29,934 nt of DNA from a virus (lineage: Duplodnaviria > Caudoviricetes). The notes below the pieces were generated by a model that was given only the letters and a program-made list of their open reading frames with translations, searched no databases and was not told the origin of the DNA. Where the stretch lies: positions 1-29,934 of IMG/VR virus record IMGVR_UViG_3300029179_000022; one strand, written 5' to 3'. A program made the translations under genes and the position numbers. This document shows positions 17,393 to 25,520 of this stretch, piece after piece (position 1 is the stretch's first letter; the number at the start of each line of letters is the position of its first letter).

Positions 17393-17581
17393 ATGAGTGA
17401 AAAATTTAAAACAGCAAAACAATTACAAGATATATACGCCTTTTCGACAACTTTTTTATGGACATTGCGGAAAAAGTATCCGGATTTTTCACCAAGAGTG
17501 GTAAGAAAAGTTGCAGGCAAAATACTGTACGACGTAGAAGAATTAGAAAAGTGGTTAGGGGAGCAAAAAGAAAAAGCCTAA
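17393..17581 (+). CDS. Excisionase/AlpA-like (MerR-type) HTH DNA-binding protein
   Basis: FKTAKQLQDIYAFSTTFLWTLR...GKILYDVEELEKWL pattern. Confidence 0.75.
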   Translation: MSEKFKTAKQLQDIYAFSTTFLWTLRKKYPDFSPRVVRKVAGKILYDVEELEKWLGEQKEKA

Positions 17582-17647
17582 GTTGTTGCTTAGGCTTTCG
17601 GTGGTAAAAAAGAGAAAATGAACGCGCAAAATTCATTCTCTCTTTTT
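17573..17647 (+). terminator. Two tandem hairpins after the Xis-like gene
   Basis: AAAGCCTAAG-6-CTTAGGCTTT (17573-17598), then an imperfect AAAAAGAGAAAATGAA / TTCATTCTCTCTTTTT stem. Confidence 0.5.
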
Positions 17648-17687
17648 ATAAAAATAAGTCAATGTAATTTTTTGAAGGGAGAAAAAC

Positions 17688-18749
17688 ATGTCTTTGTTAA
17701 AAGTTGCAAAAAACGAAACAGCATTTTTAAAGGCCGGATTCATGGGCTTCCAGGGGAGCGGCAAAACCTACACAGCCAGCAGGTTAGCGGCTGGGGTCTT
17801 AAAATTCGCTAAAGTAAAAAATCCAAAAATAGCAATGTTTGATACAGAAAAAAGCAGTGACTTTTTAGTTGATTATTTTGCCAAAGAAAAAATTGAGTTC
17901 TTGGTTGTTAAAAGTCATTCTTTTAAAGCGCTCTTAGACACAATAAAAGAGTGTCAGGAAACAGGCGTGCACGCGCTAATCATCGATTCAATAACCCATA
18001 TTTGGCGTGAGTTGATGAAATCTTACCAAGACAAATTAAGGCGAAAGTATGGTCTTACTATGGCAGATTGGGGGCCGATTAAAGAAGAGTGGTATCAGTT
18101 TACTAACGCCTTTATAAATTCCAAGATGCACATTATTTCTCTAGGGCGTGCAGGTTGGGAGTGGGGGCAAGAAGAGAACGAGGAGACCGGAAAGAAAACT
18201 TTGGTCAAGCTTGGTACAAAAATGAAAGCAGAGGGTGAGTTTGGATATGAGAGCGATATCCTTATTGAAATGGAGAGAATTCGTAATGAAAAGACAAACA
18301 CAGACCTTCACCGTGCGTGGGTTCTTAAAGATCGTTTTGATGTGTTAGACGGGAAGTTCAAGGACGATCCGACGTTTGAATTCTTCTTACCTTACGTTCA
18401 GAAGCTTGCCATAGGTGGCGACCACGTTGGATTTGATGCCGCGAACAGCCAGGAAATTTTTGAGAGTCCTGATTTATCAGTCTATGAAAAGAAAAAGCAA
18501 CGCGAGATTGCTTTAGAAGAGCTACATGCAACACTTACTAAATTAGATTTAGCTGGGACATCAGCGGCTACACAAAAAACTAGAACACTATTGCTTGAGG
18601 AGGTGTTCGGTACTAGCTCCAAGACCGCAATAGAGGGTTTGACTGCTGAATCAATTAAGATTGGGATTCAAAAAATTGTAGATAAATCTATAGCAAAACT
18701 ACCGAGCTCTAATGAAAAAGACATTGATTTTAAGGAGGGGGTTAAATGA
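17688..18749 (+). CDS. AAA_24-type P-loop ATPase (Sak4-like recombination protein)
   Basis: Walker A GFQGSGKT, DTE, Walker B LIIDSITH, GEFGYESD and KDR motifs. Confidence 0.82.
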   Translation: MSLLKVAKNETAFLKAGFMGFQGSGKTYTASRLAAGVLKFAKVKNPKIAMFDTEKSSDFLVDYFAKEKIEFLVVKSHSFKALLDTIKECQETGVHALIIDSITHIWRELMKSYQDKLRRKYGLTMADWGPIKEEWYQFTNAFINSKMHIISLGRAGWEWGQEENEETGKKTLVKLGTKMKAEGEFGYESDILIEMERIRNEKTNTDLHRAWVLKDRFDVLDGKFKDDPTFEFFLPYVQKLAIGGDHVGFDAANSQEIFESPDLSVYEKKKQREIALEELHATLTKLDLAGTSAATQKTRTLLLEEVFGTSSKTAIEGLTAESIKIGIQKIVDKSIAKLPSSNEKDIDFKEGVK

Positions 18750-18919
18750 AAATCTTAGAAGGAGATCACTGGGTATTTTCTGAGGGCGACCAAGCTTTAG
18801 AGATTGAGTATAAAAAAAAGTACTACTCAATTTATCTAAATCGCACTCAAATAAATGATATTAGAGAAATAGCAGGCGAAGACCCTTTAGAGGAAAGAAA
18901 CGATGATATCGAGTATTAA
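18746..18919 (+). CDS. Small acidic hypothetical protein (57 aa), not in the ORF track
   Basis: SD AAGGAGG and ATGA overlap; MKILEGDHWVFSEGDQALEIEYKKKYYSIYLNRTQINDIREIAGEDPLEERNDDIEY. Confidence 0.7.
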   Translation: MKILEGDHWVFSEGDQALEIEYKKKYYSIYLNRTQINDIREIAGEDPLEERNDDIEY

Positions 18920-18951
18920 GTGGAAAGAACACAAAAAACAAGAGGGATAAA

Positions 18952-21150
18952 ATGAACTATTCAAAATTCCTTGAACAGAAGAATTGGTCAGTCAAAATAA
19001 GTGGGATTGAGAAAGATGTTTTTTCAGAATTTCTATTTGATTATCAAAAAGAAATAGTTAGATGGGCTTTGAAGAAAGGGAAAGCAGCAATATTTGCTGA
19101 CACAGGGCTTGGCAAGACCATTATGCAGTTAGAGTGGGCGCAAGCTGTTTTTGAAAAGACAAATAAGTCTGTTTTAATTGTGGCGCCTCTTTGCGTTGCT
19201 GCACAAACAGAAAGAGAGGCCGCAAAATTTGGTTATCAAGTAAAATATGTTCGTGATGAAAAAGAGGAAAAGGGAATTTATACAACAAACTATGAGATCA
19301 TAGACAAATTTGATTTGAGTAAATTTTCAGGGATAGTCCTAGACGAGTCGTCTATTTTAAAGCACCAAGATTCTAAAACTAGAAAAAAGATAACCGAATC
19401 ATGCGCAAATATTAGTTATAAACTTTCCTGCACAGCAACACCTTCTCCAAATGATTTCATGGAAATAGGCAATCAAGCAGAATTCCTTGGAATAATGAGA
19501 ATGAGCGAGATGTTATCTACTTTCTTTGTGCATGATGGTGGCGAAACACAGAAGTGGCGATTAAAAGGTCATGGGAAAGATAAGTTTTGGAAATGGATGG
19601 CAAGCTGGGCAATAGTTTTTAGAAAGCCTGAAACGCTAGGATTTTATGGTGGGGCAAGTCATGAATTGCCAGAATTAGAAACGCACCATCACACAATAAG
19701 CCACAACAAAACTTTAGAGGGGTTTTTATTCCCTGTTACAGCACAAACGTTACAGGAAAGAGTTATAGCTAGGCGCCAAACTGTAGAAGATAGAACAAAT
19801 GCCTGTGCTAGAAAAGTTAACGAGGAAGCTGGCCAGTGGATTGTTTGGTGCAATTTAAATTCTGAATCATCAAAGCTTGTCGATAAAATAAAAGATGCTG
19901 TTGAGATAAGAGGTTCTGATTCACATTCTGTAAAAGAAAAGACTATTATAGATTTTATGGATGGTAATATAAGAGTGCTTGTCACAAAGCCTTCAATATT
20001 CGGGTTTGGTCTTAACTTGCAAAACTGCAACAAGATGGCATTTGTAGGATTGAATGACAGCTACGAGGAGTATTATCAAGCTGTCAGAAGGTGTTGGCGA
20101 TATGGACAGAAGGAAAAGGTAAACGTCCATATTTTTACATCAGATATCGAGGGGGCAGTGTTACAAAATATACAAAGAAAAGAAAGGCAAATGGAAGAAA
20201 TGCACAAACAAATGGAAAATCATATGAAAAATTTTACTCAAAGTGAATTTAAGAAAACAGAAAGAGAACAGGAAGTATATATAACTGATAACCTAGAAAA
20301 AGATCAGTACAAAATATATTTAGGCGATTGTGTCGAAGGCATAAAAAAAATAGAAAGTGAATCAATTGGCTATTCTATTTTTTCACCTCCTTTTAGTTCG
20401 TTATATACTTATTCAAATTCAGATAGGGACATGGGAAATTCAAAAAATGATGCAGAATTTTTTAAACACTTCGAATTTTTAGTTAAAGATCTTTATCGAG
20501 TAATAATGCCTGGAAGAGAAATATCTGTACATTGCATGAATCTGCCAACATCTAAACAAAATCACGGGTATATCGGCCTGAGAGACTTCCGTGGTGAGAT
20601 AATAAGAGCGTTTGAAAAAGAAGGATTTTATTACCATTCAGAAGTTTGTATTTGGAAAGACCCAGTAGTTGCGATGCAAAGAACAAAAGCGCTAGGTTTG
20701 TTATGGAAGCAACTTAAAAAAGATTCTTCGATGTCAAGAATGGGGTTGCCTGACTATGTTGTCACATTTAGAAAGCCAGGTGAAAATAATAATCCAATTA
20801 GTCACACACCAGAGGACTTTCCAGTCGCGCTGTGGCAGAAAATTGCTTCGCCTATCTGGATGGATATTGATCAAAGTAAGACATTAAATAGAGATGGCGC
20901 GAGAGAGAACGAGGACGAGCGACATATAGCTCCGTTGCAACTAGACGTAATTGAAAGGTGTTTAAATCTTTACAGCAAAAGAGGCGATATAGTCCTAAGC
21001 CCATTCTTAGGAATTGGCAGCGAAGGGTATTGTTCGGTTAAGATGGGAAGGAAGTTTGTGGGATTTGAATTAAAGAAAAGTTATTTTGAATGTGCGAAGA
21101 AAAACTTAGAAATGGCGCTAATAGAACAAAAAGACCTATTTAACATCTAA
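18952..21150 (+). CDS. SNF2-like SF2 helicase fused to an amino (N4C/N6A) DNA methyltransferase
   Basis: DTGLGKT, LDESS, TATP, GLNLQ and QAVRRCWRYGQ helicase motifs. C-terminal FSPPF (motif IV) precedes SPFLGIGS (motif I), the beta-class order. Confidence 0.9.
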   Translation: MNYSKFLEQKNWSVKISGIEKDVFSEFLFDYQKEIVRWALKKGKAAIFADTGLGKTIMQLEWAQAVFEKTNKSVLIVAPLCVAAQTEREAAKFGYQVKYVRDEKEEKGIYTTNYEIIDKFDLSKFSGIVLDESSILKHQDSKTRKKITESCANISYKLSCTATPSPNDFMEIGNQAEFLGIMRMSEMLSTFFVHDGGETQKWRLKGHGKDKFWKWMASWAIVFRKPETLGFYGGASHELPELETHHHTISHNKTLEGFLFPVTAQTLQERVIARRQTVEDRTNACARKVNEEAGQWIVWCNLNSESSKLVDKIKDAVEIRGSDSHSVKEKTIIDFMDGNIRVLVTKPSIFGFGLNLQNCNKMAFVGLNDSYEEYYQAVRRCWRYGQKEKVNVHIFTSDIEGAVLQNIQRKERQMEEMHKQMENHMKNFTQSEFKKTEREQEVYITDNLEKDQYKIYLGDCVEGIKKIESESIGYSIFSPPFSSLYTYSNSDRDMGNSKNDAEFFKHFEFLVKDLYRVIMPGREISVHCMNLPTSKQNHGYIGLRDFRGEIIRAFEKEGFYYHSEVCIWKDPVVAMQRTKALGLLWKQLKKDSSMSRMGLPDYVVTFRKPGENNNPISHTPEDFPVALWQKIASPIWMDIDQSKTLNRDGARENEDERHIAPLQLDVIERCLNLYSKRGDIVLSPFLGIGSEGYCSVKMGRKFVGFELKKSYFECAKKNLEMALIEQKDLFNI

Positions 21151-21166
21151 AAAAGGAGAAAGTAAA

Positions 21167-21355
21167 ATGAGAAAGTTAATTTTAGCACTATCATTAATTG
21201 CAGCAATAATTGGCGCATATTATTACACGGCAAAGCCTGCAACATGTGCATGGTGTTCACCAGTGCCTTGTTATGGAAGTTGTTACGGTAGTAGTTGTGT
21301 TTGTATTAAGGCTCCTGGAGAGTTTTCTGGGAGTTGCTATTCAATAGGGAACTAA
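21167..21355 (+). CDS. Exported or membrane-anchored cysteine-rich mini-protein
   Basis: SD AAGGAG; signal-like MRKLILALSLIAAIIGAYYY; 7 Cys in the C-terminal part. Confidence 0.75.
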   Translation: MRKLILALSLIAAIIGAYYYTAKPATCAWCSPVPCYGSCYGSSCVCIKAPGEFSGSCYSIGN

Positions 21356-21356
21356 C

Positions 21357-21767
21357 ATGAGATCAACTAGCCTAGAAGCCTATAATAAAATCAAAGCGCA
21401 AGGGCTTTTGCCTCCTAGAAGATTTGAGGTTTATCAAGTGCTTGCGCTTTACGGTGCTCAAACACAAAGCGAGGTGTTTGCTCAATTAGGCTTGATCGGG
21501 GAAAAACGTGTTTGTTATACGCCAAGGTTTGCAGAGCTTGAAAGGCAAGGCGTGATAAAAATAGTCGGTGAAAGAGCATGCGGAATTACTGGCAAGAATT
21601 GTAAAATATGGGCGACAACCGATGAGCTACCAAAGCCATTCAGAATAGCAAAGAAAATAATGAGTGAGCAGAATTTCGAAGATTTCATATTGTTTATGCG
21701 GGATATCGGAGTGCCTTATATTTATTTTAACAAGATCGCCGAGTACATTAAGGAGGGGAAGAGATGA
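21357..21767 (+). CDS. Winged-helix DNA-binding protein
   Basis: TSLEAY...VYQVL...TQSEV...YTPRFAELERQGVI pattern, common in phage wHTH proteins. Confidence 0.7.
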   Translation: MRSTSLEAYNKIKAQGLLPPRRFEVYQVLALYGAQTQSEVFAQLGLIGEKRVCYTPRFAELERQGVIKIVGERACGITGKNCKIWATTDELPKPFRIAKKIMSEQNFEDFILFMRDIGVPYIYFNKIAEYIKEGKR

Positions 21768-21988
21768 AATGTAAGCACGATGAATATTGCGTTGAACCAT
21801 TTCTAAAGAAACTTATAAAAGTAAAATGTGTTAAGTGCAACAAGCAAGCAGTGTTTGTTTTAAGCAAAGGAGACAAACTACACTACAGAGCTTTAGAAGA
21901 ATTAAACAAGAAAACAATAAGCTGCTTGCCCATTCCTTTTATTAAGGAGTGTTTAAAGAAAGATGAACATGAGGATTTGTTTGTATGA
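21764..21988 (+). CDS. Hypothetical Zn-binding protein
   Basis: CKH...CVKC; SD AAGGAGG; ATGA overlap. Confidence 0.65.
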   Translation: MKCKHDEYCVEPFLKKLIKVKCVKCNKQAVFVLSKGDKLHYRALEELNKKTISCLPIPFIKECLKKDEHEDLFV

Positions 21989-22089
21989 TTAATAATTGTA
22001 AAGAAATTCCAACTATCGTCTATGATTTAGAAGCACTTGCAATTATAGTTATTGATGCAAATGGGAAATCTTGGATAAATTCTGATTAG
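21985..22089 (+). CDS. Small hypothetical protein (34 aa)
   Basis: ATGA overlap with GAGGA upstream; MINNCKEIPTIVYDLEALAIIVIDANGKSWINSD fills the gap. Confidence 0.45.
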   Translation: MINNCKEIPTIVYDLEALAIIVIDANGKSWINSD

Positions 22090-22097
22090 GCGGAAAA

Positions 22098-22487
22098 ATG
22101 AATAAAGAATTATATAAAAATATAATAGGTAAAAAAATTATTTCAGCAGAAATTATAGATAATGTTTTTATAATGAACCTCGGAGAGGTTAAGGTTTCTT
22201 TATACGATGAAATGTATCAATGCTGTGAGAAACGTTTTATGCAGACGGATGATGATGTTAAATCTATAGCAGGGGGGGTGTTATTGGGAATTATAGAAAA
22301 AGGGGTCATGTTAAGTGATTCATATGCATATGATGATGTTGAAGAAATATGTTTTGTTGAAATTAATACAGATAAAGGATGTGTCATTTTAAAAAACTAT
22401 AATATACATAACGGTTATTATTCTGGTTTTGATTTAAAAATATGGAGTGGACCGTATGGTATAACCAAGAATGGGCCAGGATGGTAA
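22098..22487 (+). CDS. Conserved phage protein of unknown function
   Basis: QCCE, F-x-EI-x-TDKG and HNGYYSG motifs of a widespread phage family. Confidence 0.7.
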   Translation: MNKELYKNIIGKKIISAEIIDNVFIMNLGEVKVSLYDEMYQCCEKRFMQTDDDVKSIAGGVLLGIIEKGVMLSDSYAYDDVEEICFVEINTDKGCVILKNYNIHNGYYSGFDLKIWSGPYGITKNGPGW

Positions 22488-22554
22488 AAATAAAATCAAA
22501 GATAAAGACGAGCATGAAATGGGGTTTTTATGAATTGTAATAGGAGTATTTATA

Positions 22555-23421
22555 ATGTTAATTAGCATGTCAAATTATATTAATCAGCCAAAAAAAATAC
22601 CAGCAGCTCTACTAATAGCTATTCTATGGCCAATATATGCTATTGGAACAATTAAAAACAAAACAATGTTACTAGCTGTTTCTTTATCAATTATAGGGTC
22701 AGGTTGCGCTGAAATAGTTCAAACTGGAGAAAGAGGCATTAAAACTACGTTTGGAAAAGTAGTAAGCGAATCTTTAACCGAGGGCATTTACTTTTACATG
22801 CCGTTCACGTCAAACATAGTGACAATGGACACTAAAACTATACGCCTTGAAAGTAAAACGTCATGCTATACAAAAGATTTGCAGCAGGGTGAATTTGCCT
22901 ATGTTGTTAACTTCTCTCCAAATAGAACCCTTGTTCATAAAATATACACAGATGTTGGTAAAGATTGGGTCGGAAAAATAGTTCCTCAGACAATAGAGGG
23001 GTCGCTCAAAAACACAGTTGGAAAGTGGAACGCAGTTGATTTAATTGAGAATAGAAATAAAGCAACAGAACAAGCTAAGGCTGATATTTTAGAAGCCCTG
23101 AAAGAGCGCGACATAAATCTTGAAAGCTTCGCAATCACTGGCATTGATTATACCGACGTATTTGAACGTTCTGTTGAGGATAAAGTTGTAGCAATACAAC
23201 GTGCCGTAGAATCTGAGAATAAAACAAAACAAATAGAAGAAGAAGCTAAGCAAAAAGTTATTGCTGCTAAGGCCGAGGCAGAATCAATGCGTATAAGGGC
23301 GCAAGCTTTAACTCAAAACAAAAGTCTTGTTGATTATGAAGCCGTGCAGAAGTGGAATGGTGTCTTGCCCCAATATTCAATGGGTGGAACTATCCCTTTT
23401 ATTAGTTTAGGGGCTAAATAA
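22555..23421 (+). CDS. SPFH / band 7 / prohibitin-family membrane protein
   Basis: VQTGERGIKTTFGKV, EGIYFYMPF, TKDLQ, an AE-rich coiled coil (AKAEAES) and KWNGVLP. Confidence 0.92.
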   Translation: MLISMSNYINQPKKIPAALLIAILWPIYAIGTIKNKTMLLAVSLSIIGSGCAEIVQTGERGIKTTFGKVVSESLTEGIYFYMPFTSNIVTMDTKTIRLESKTSCYTKDLQQGEFAYVVNFSPNRTLVHKIYTDVGKDWVGKIVPQTIEGSLKNTVGKWNAVDLIENRNKATEQAKADILEALKERDINLESFAITGIDYTDVFERSVEDKVVAIQRAVESENKTKQIEEEAKQKVIAAKAEAESMRIRAQALTQNKSLVDYEAVQKWNGVLPQYSMGGTIPFISLGAK

Positions 23422-23432
23422 GGAGAATAGCT

Positions 23433-23597
23433 ATGAACAAGGGAGAGATAAATTTACTCGACCACTTTGCAGGTTTAGCCATGCAGGCAATTTACGCACA
23501 AGTTGGTAAAGAGAGGAACAATGTAGAGATTGCTTGTGAAGCATATGATGTGGCCCAAGCAATGCTCGATGAGAGGGAGAGGATGGAGATTAAATGA
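23433..23597 (+). CDS. Small conserved phage protein (54 aa), not in the ORF track
   Basis: SD AAGGAG; LDHFAGLAMQA...AYDVAQAMLDER matches the common phage motif RDxFAxxAMQ...AYxxADAMLxxR. Confidence 0.8.
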   Translation: MNKGEINLLDHFAGLAMQAIYAQVGKERNNVEIACEAYDVAQAMLDERERMEIK

Positions 23598-23661
23598 TTT
23601 TCATTAAACTATTATGCACACTAGTTTTATTGCCACTTTTACCTATGTTTTTTATTAAAGG

Positions 23662-24036
23662 GTGGCGACTATGATTAAAGACCCAAGTATAAAAACAATT
23701 GGCAGACGAATACGTGAGGTTAGGAAAAAGCTTGGCCTTAATCAGGCGAAATTGGCGACGGAGGCTGAAATCACGCCTTCGGCAATATCTCAGATCGAAG
23801 CTGGAGATAGAACACCATCAACCACCACCTTGCGAAGATTGGCGGCCGCTCTTCAGGTGTCGACGGACTACCTTTTGGGTTCAACAGATAAATCTGAGCT
23901 AAAAGATATTCTTCAGGATCAAACCATGCAGAAGTTTTTCCGAGGATTTCAAAACTTGAGTGAGTCCGATAGACAGTTTATTCAAAAGCAAGTTGCTTTA
24001 CTAAAAGCGCAGTCCAAATCCAAACATTTTTTATAG
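23662..24036 (+). CDS. XRE-family HTH transcriptional regulator
   Basis: IGRRIREVRKKLGLNQAKLA...SAISQIEAGDRTPS...LAAALQVSTDYLLG. The start may instead be ATG 23671. Confidence 0.92.
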   Translation: MATMIKDPSIKTIGRRIREVRKKLGLNQAKLATEAEITPSAISQIEAGDRTPSTTTLRRLAAALQVSTDYLLGSTDKSELKDILQDQTMQKFFRGFQNLSESDRQFIQKQVALLKAQSKSKHFL

Positions 24037-24060
24037 TCTTTCAGGAAGATTATATCGAGG

Positions 24061-24121
24061 AAAAATGAGGACGGCTATTATTCTGGTTTTGATTTAAAAA
24101 TACAGAAGGAGAAAATAAATG
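24061..24121 (+). repeat. Composite dispersed repeat in an intergenic spacer
   Basis: 24071-24102 matches 22411-22442 (31/32); 24061-24076 matches 24441-24456 (16/16); GTTTTGATTTAAAAATACAGA recurs near 25495. Confidence 0.85.
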
Positions 24122-24448
24122 AGGCTTTTATTAACCGTATCTTACAATAAAATTCTATTTGCGAAAGGCGCTGATGTATCAGCCATAATTGCAGCTTTAG
24201 ACGGAGCCAAAATAGTTGAGGAGTCTGGCTCGTGGAGCGGACCTAAGAAATACATCCCAAAAGATGACGTAGATTTACAAGCAACTCTCATCAACGATGA
24301 CAACGTGATGCTGCCAGAAGTAAACGACGGTGGGGTGTTTGAAAAATTCCATAAGTTAACTTTAGATCGTGATGAGCTTAGACGTAAAAATTATGAGCTA
24401 GAGGAAAAATTAAAAAAGATCAGCGAACAAGTTGCGGTGAAAAAATGA
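24119..24448 (+). CDS. Hypothetical protein with C-terminal coiled coil
   Basis: SD AAGGAG; 109 aa; ATGA-coupled to the next gene. Confidence 0.75.
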   Translation: MRLLLTVSYNKILFAKGADVSAIIAALDGAKIVEESGSWSGPKKYIPKDDVDLQATLINDDNVMLPEVNDGGVFEKFHKLTLDRDELRRKNYELEEKLKKISEQVAVKK

Positions 24449-24675
24449 GGACGGCTGAAAAATTAATATCAGATTTAATTGATGACAAGCGGTCTTATTG
24501 TATGGTTCTTGGGCTTATTAAACAAGCACAGCGCGAAGCTTTAGAGGCGGCGGCGAAGATAGCTGACAATCCAGGCAATCTTTTTGAAAGAGGAGAAACA
24601 ATTAATCTTGAGAAACAATCTGGTCGAATAGCCGCAGCAATAAGATCTATTTTACATATAGAAGGAGAAAAGTAA
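24445..24675 (+). CDS. Hypothetical phage protein
   Basis: REALEAAAKIAD...IAAAIRS motif, common in small phage proteins. Confidence 0.7.
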   Translation: MRTAEKLISDLIDDKRSYCMVLGLIKQAQREALEAAAKIADNPGNLFERGETINLEKQSGRIAAAIRSILHIEGEK

Positions 24676-25002
24676 ATGTTAGAAGAAATGAAGTTAAAAG
24701 ACATCATTACATTAGCCAACGCATTAGGCGCGAATAGCAACCATACAGCGTATAAAGTTGGCGAACAATATTTAATCCGCACAGTGACGCTTTACTACAC
24801 TGGGAAAGTTAAGCAGATTACGCCGAAAGAGCTTGTGCTTGAAACTGCGTCGTGGATACCAGACACTGGACGTTTTTACGATTGCCTCAAAGAAGGAAAT
24901 TTCAACGAGGTAGAGCCGTTTATCGATGATGTTATTATTTCACGAGAAGCCATCGTGGACGTGACCAAATGGAATCATCAATTGCCAACTTCGCAGAAGT
25001 AA
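24676..25002 (+). CDS. Conserved phage protein with a predicted Sm/SH3-like beta-barrel
   Basis: SD AAGGAG; VGEQYLIRTVTLYYTGKV...ELVLETASWIPDTGRF...EVEP...IISREAIVDV. The fold is inferred from the strand pattern only. Confidence 0.65.
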   Translation: MLEEMKLKDIITLANALGANSNHTAYKVGEQYLIRTVTLYYTGKVKQITPKELVLETASWIPDTGRFYDCLKEGNFNEVEPFIDDVIISREAIVDVTKWNHQLPTSQK

Positions 25003-25003
25003 A

Positions 25004-25195
25004 ATGAACCAATTAATTAAAAGAATTGGTTGGGGATATTCTTCGTCTATTTTTAGGGGTAGGTCTTGGTCTAAGTCTGCGTCTGCGTCTATGGCTTGGT
25101 ATAGAACTTTTTCTATGTCTTGGGCTTTGTCTAGGGTTTGGCCTAGGCGTATTTCTGTATCTAGGTCTTCATCCTGGGTGAGTTTTAATAAATGA
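25004..25195 (+). CDS. Ser-X repeat peptide 1 (degenerate)
   Basis: Starts 1 nt after the upstream stop; leader MNQLIKRIG, then a degenerate S-X dipeptide repeat. Confidence 0.55.
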   Translation: MNQLIKRIGWGYSSSIFRGRSWSKSASASMAWYRTFSMSWALSRVWPRRISVSRSSSWVSFNK

Positions 25196-25467
25196 ACCAG
25201 TTATTTAAAAGAGTTGGTAGGTCTAAGTCTATGTCTAGGTCTAGGTCTAAGTCTATGTCTAGTGCTTGGGAGACTTGTTTGTTTAGGGCCGTGTCTTGGT
25301 ATGTGTCTTGGTCTGTGTCTAGTTCTGGTTCTTGGTCTGTGTCTAGGTCTGGGTCTATGTCTTGGTCTAAGTCTAAGTCTAGTTCTTGGTCTAGTTCTGG
25401 TTCTTGGTCTGGGTCTATGTCTAAGTCTGGGTCTGGGTCTATGTCTGGGTCTAAGTCTAAGTCTTAG
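25192..25467 (+). CDS. Ser-X repeat peptide 2
   Basis: ATGA overlap with peptide 1; leader MNQLFKRVG, then S-[RKMWGVS] repeats. Confidence 0.6.
   Translation: MNQLFKRVGRSKSMSRSRSKSMSSAWETCLFRAVSWYVSWSVSSSGSWSVSRSGSMSWSKSKSSSWSSSGSWSGSMSKSGSGSMSGSKSKS
25222..25467 (+). repeat. Hexamer tandem array TCT-NN(G/T), 41 units
   Basis: 35 of 41 in-frame units begin with TCT; the last unit, TCTTAG, supplies the stop codon. Confidence 0.92.
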
Positions 25468-25520
25468 AGAAATTGTATGGAAAATGAAGAACATGTTTTG
25501 ATTTAAAAATACAGAGTGAA

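Noticed and set aside
17618-17812. + strand overlapping ORFs 17618-17812, 1234-1518 and 23699-23902
   Set aside because: Out-of-frame overlaps with confident genes and no independent support.
25004-25467. CRISPR array or DGR template/variable repeat pair
   Set aside because: No constant repeat with unique spacers, no reverse transcriptase or cas gene, and variation across the array is not adenine-specific.
25201-25501. Alternative-frame ORFs over the hexamer array (poly Leu-Gly/Cys on +, poly Arg-Pro on -)
   Set aside because: Open frames are expected by-products of a 6-nt repeat. Only the Ser-X frame has a duplicated leader and start/stop coupling. Not formally excluded.
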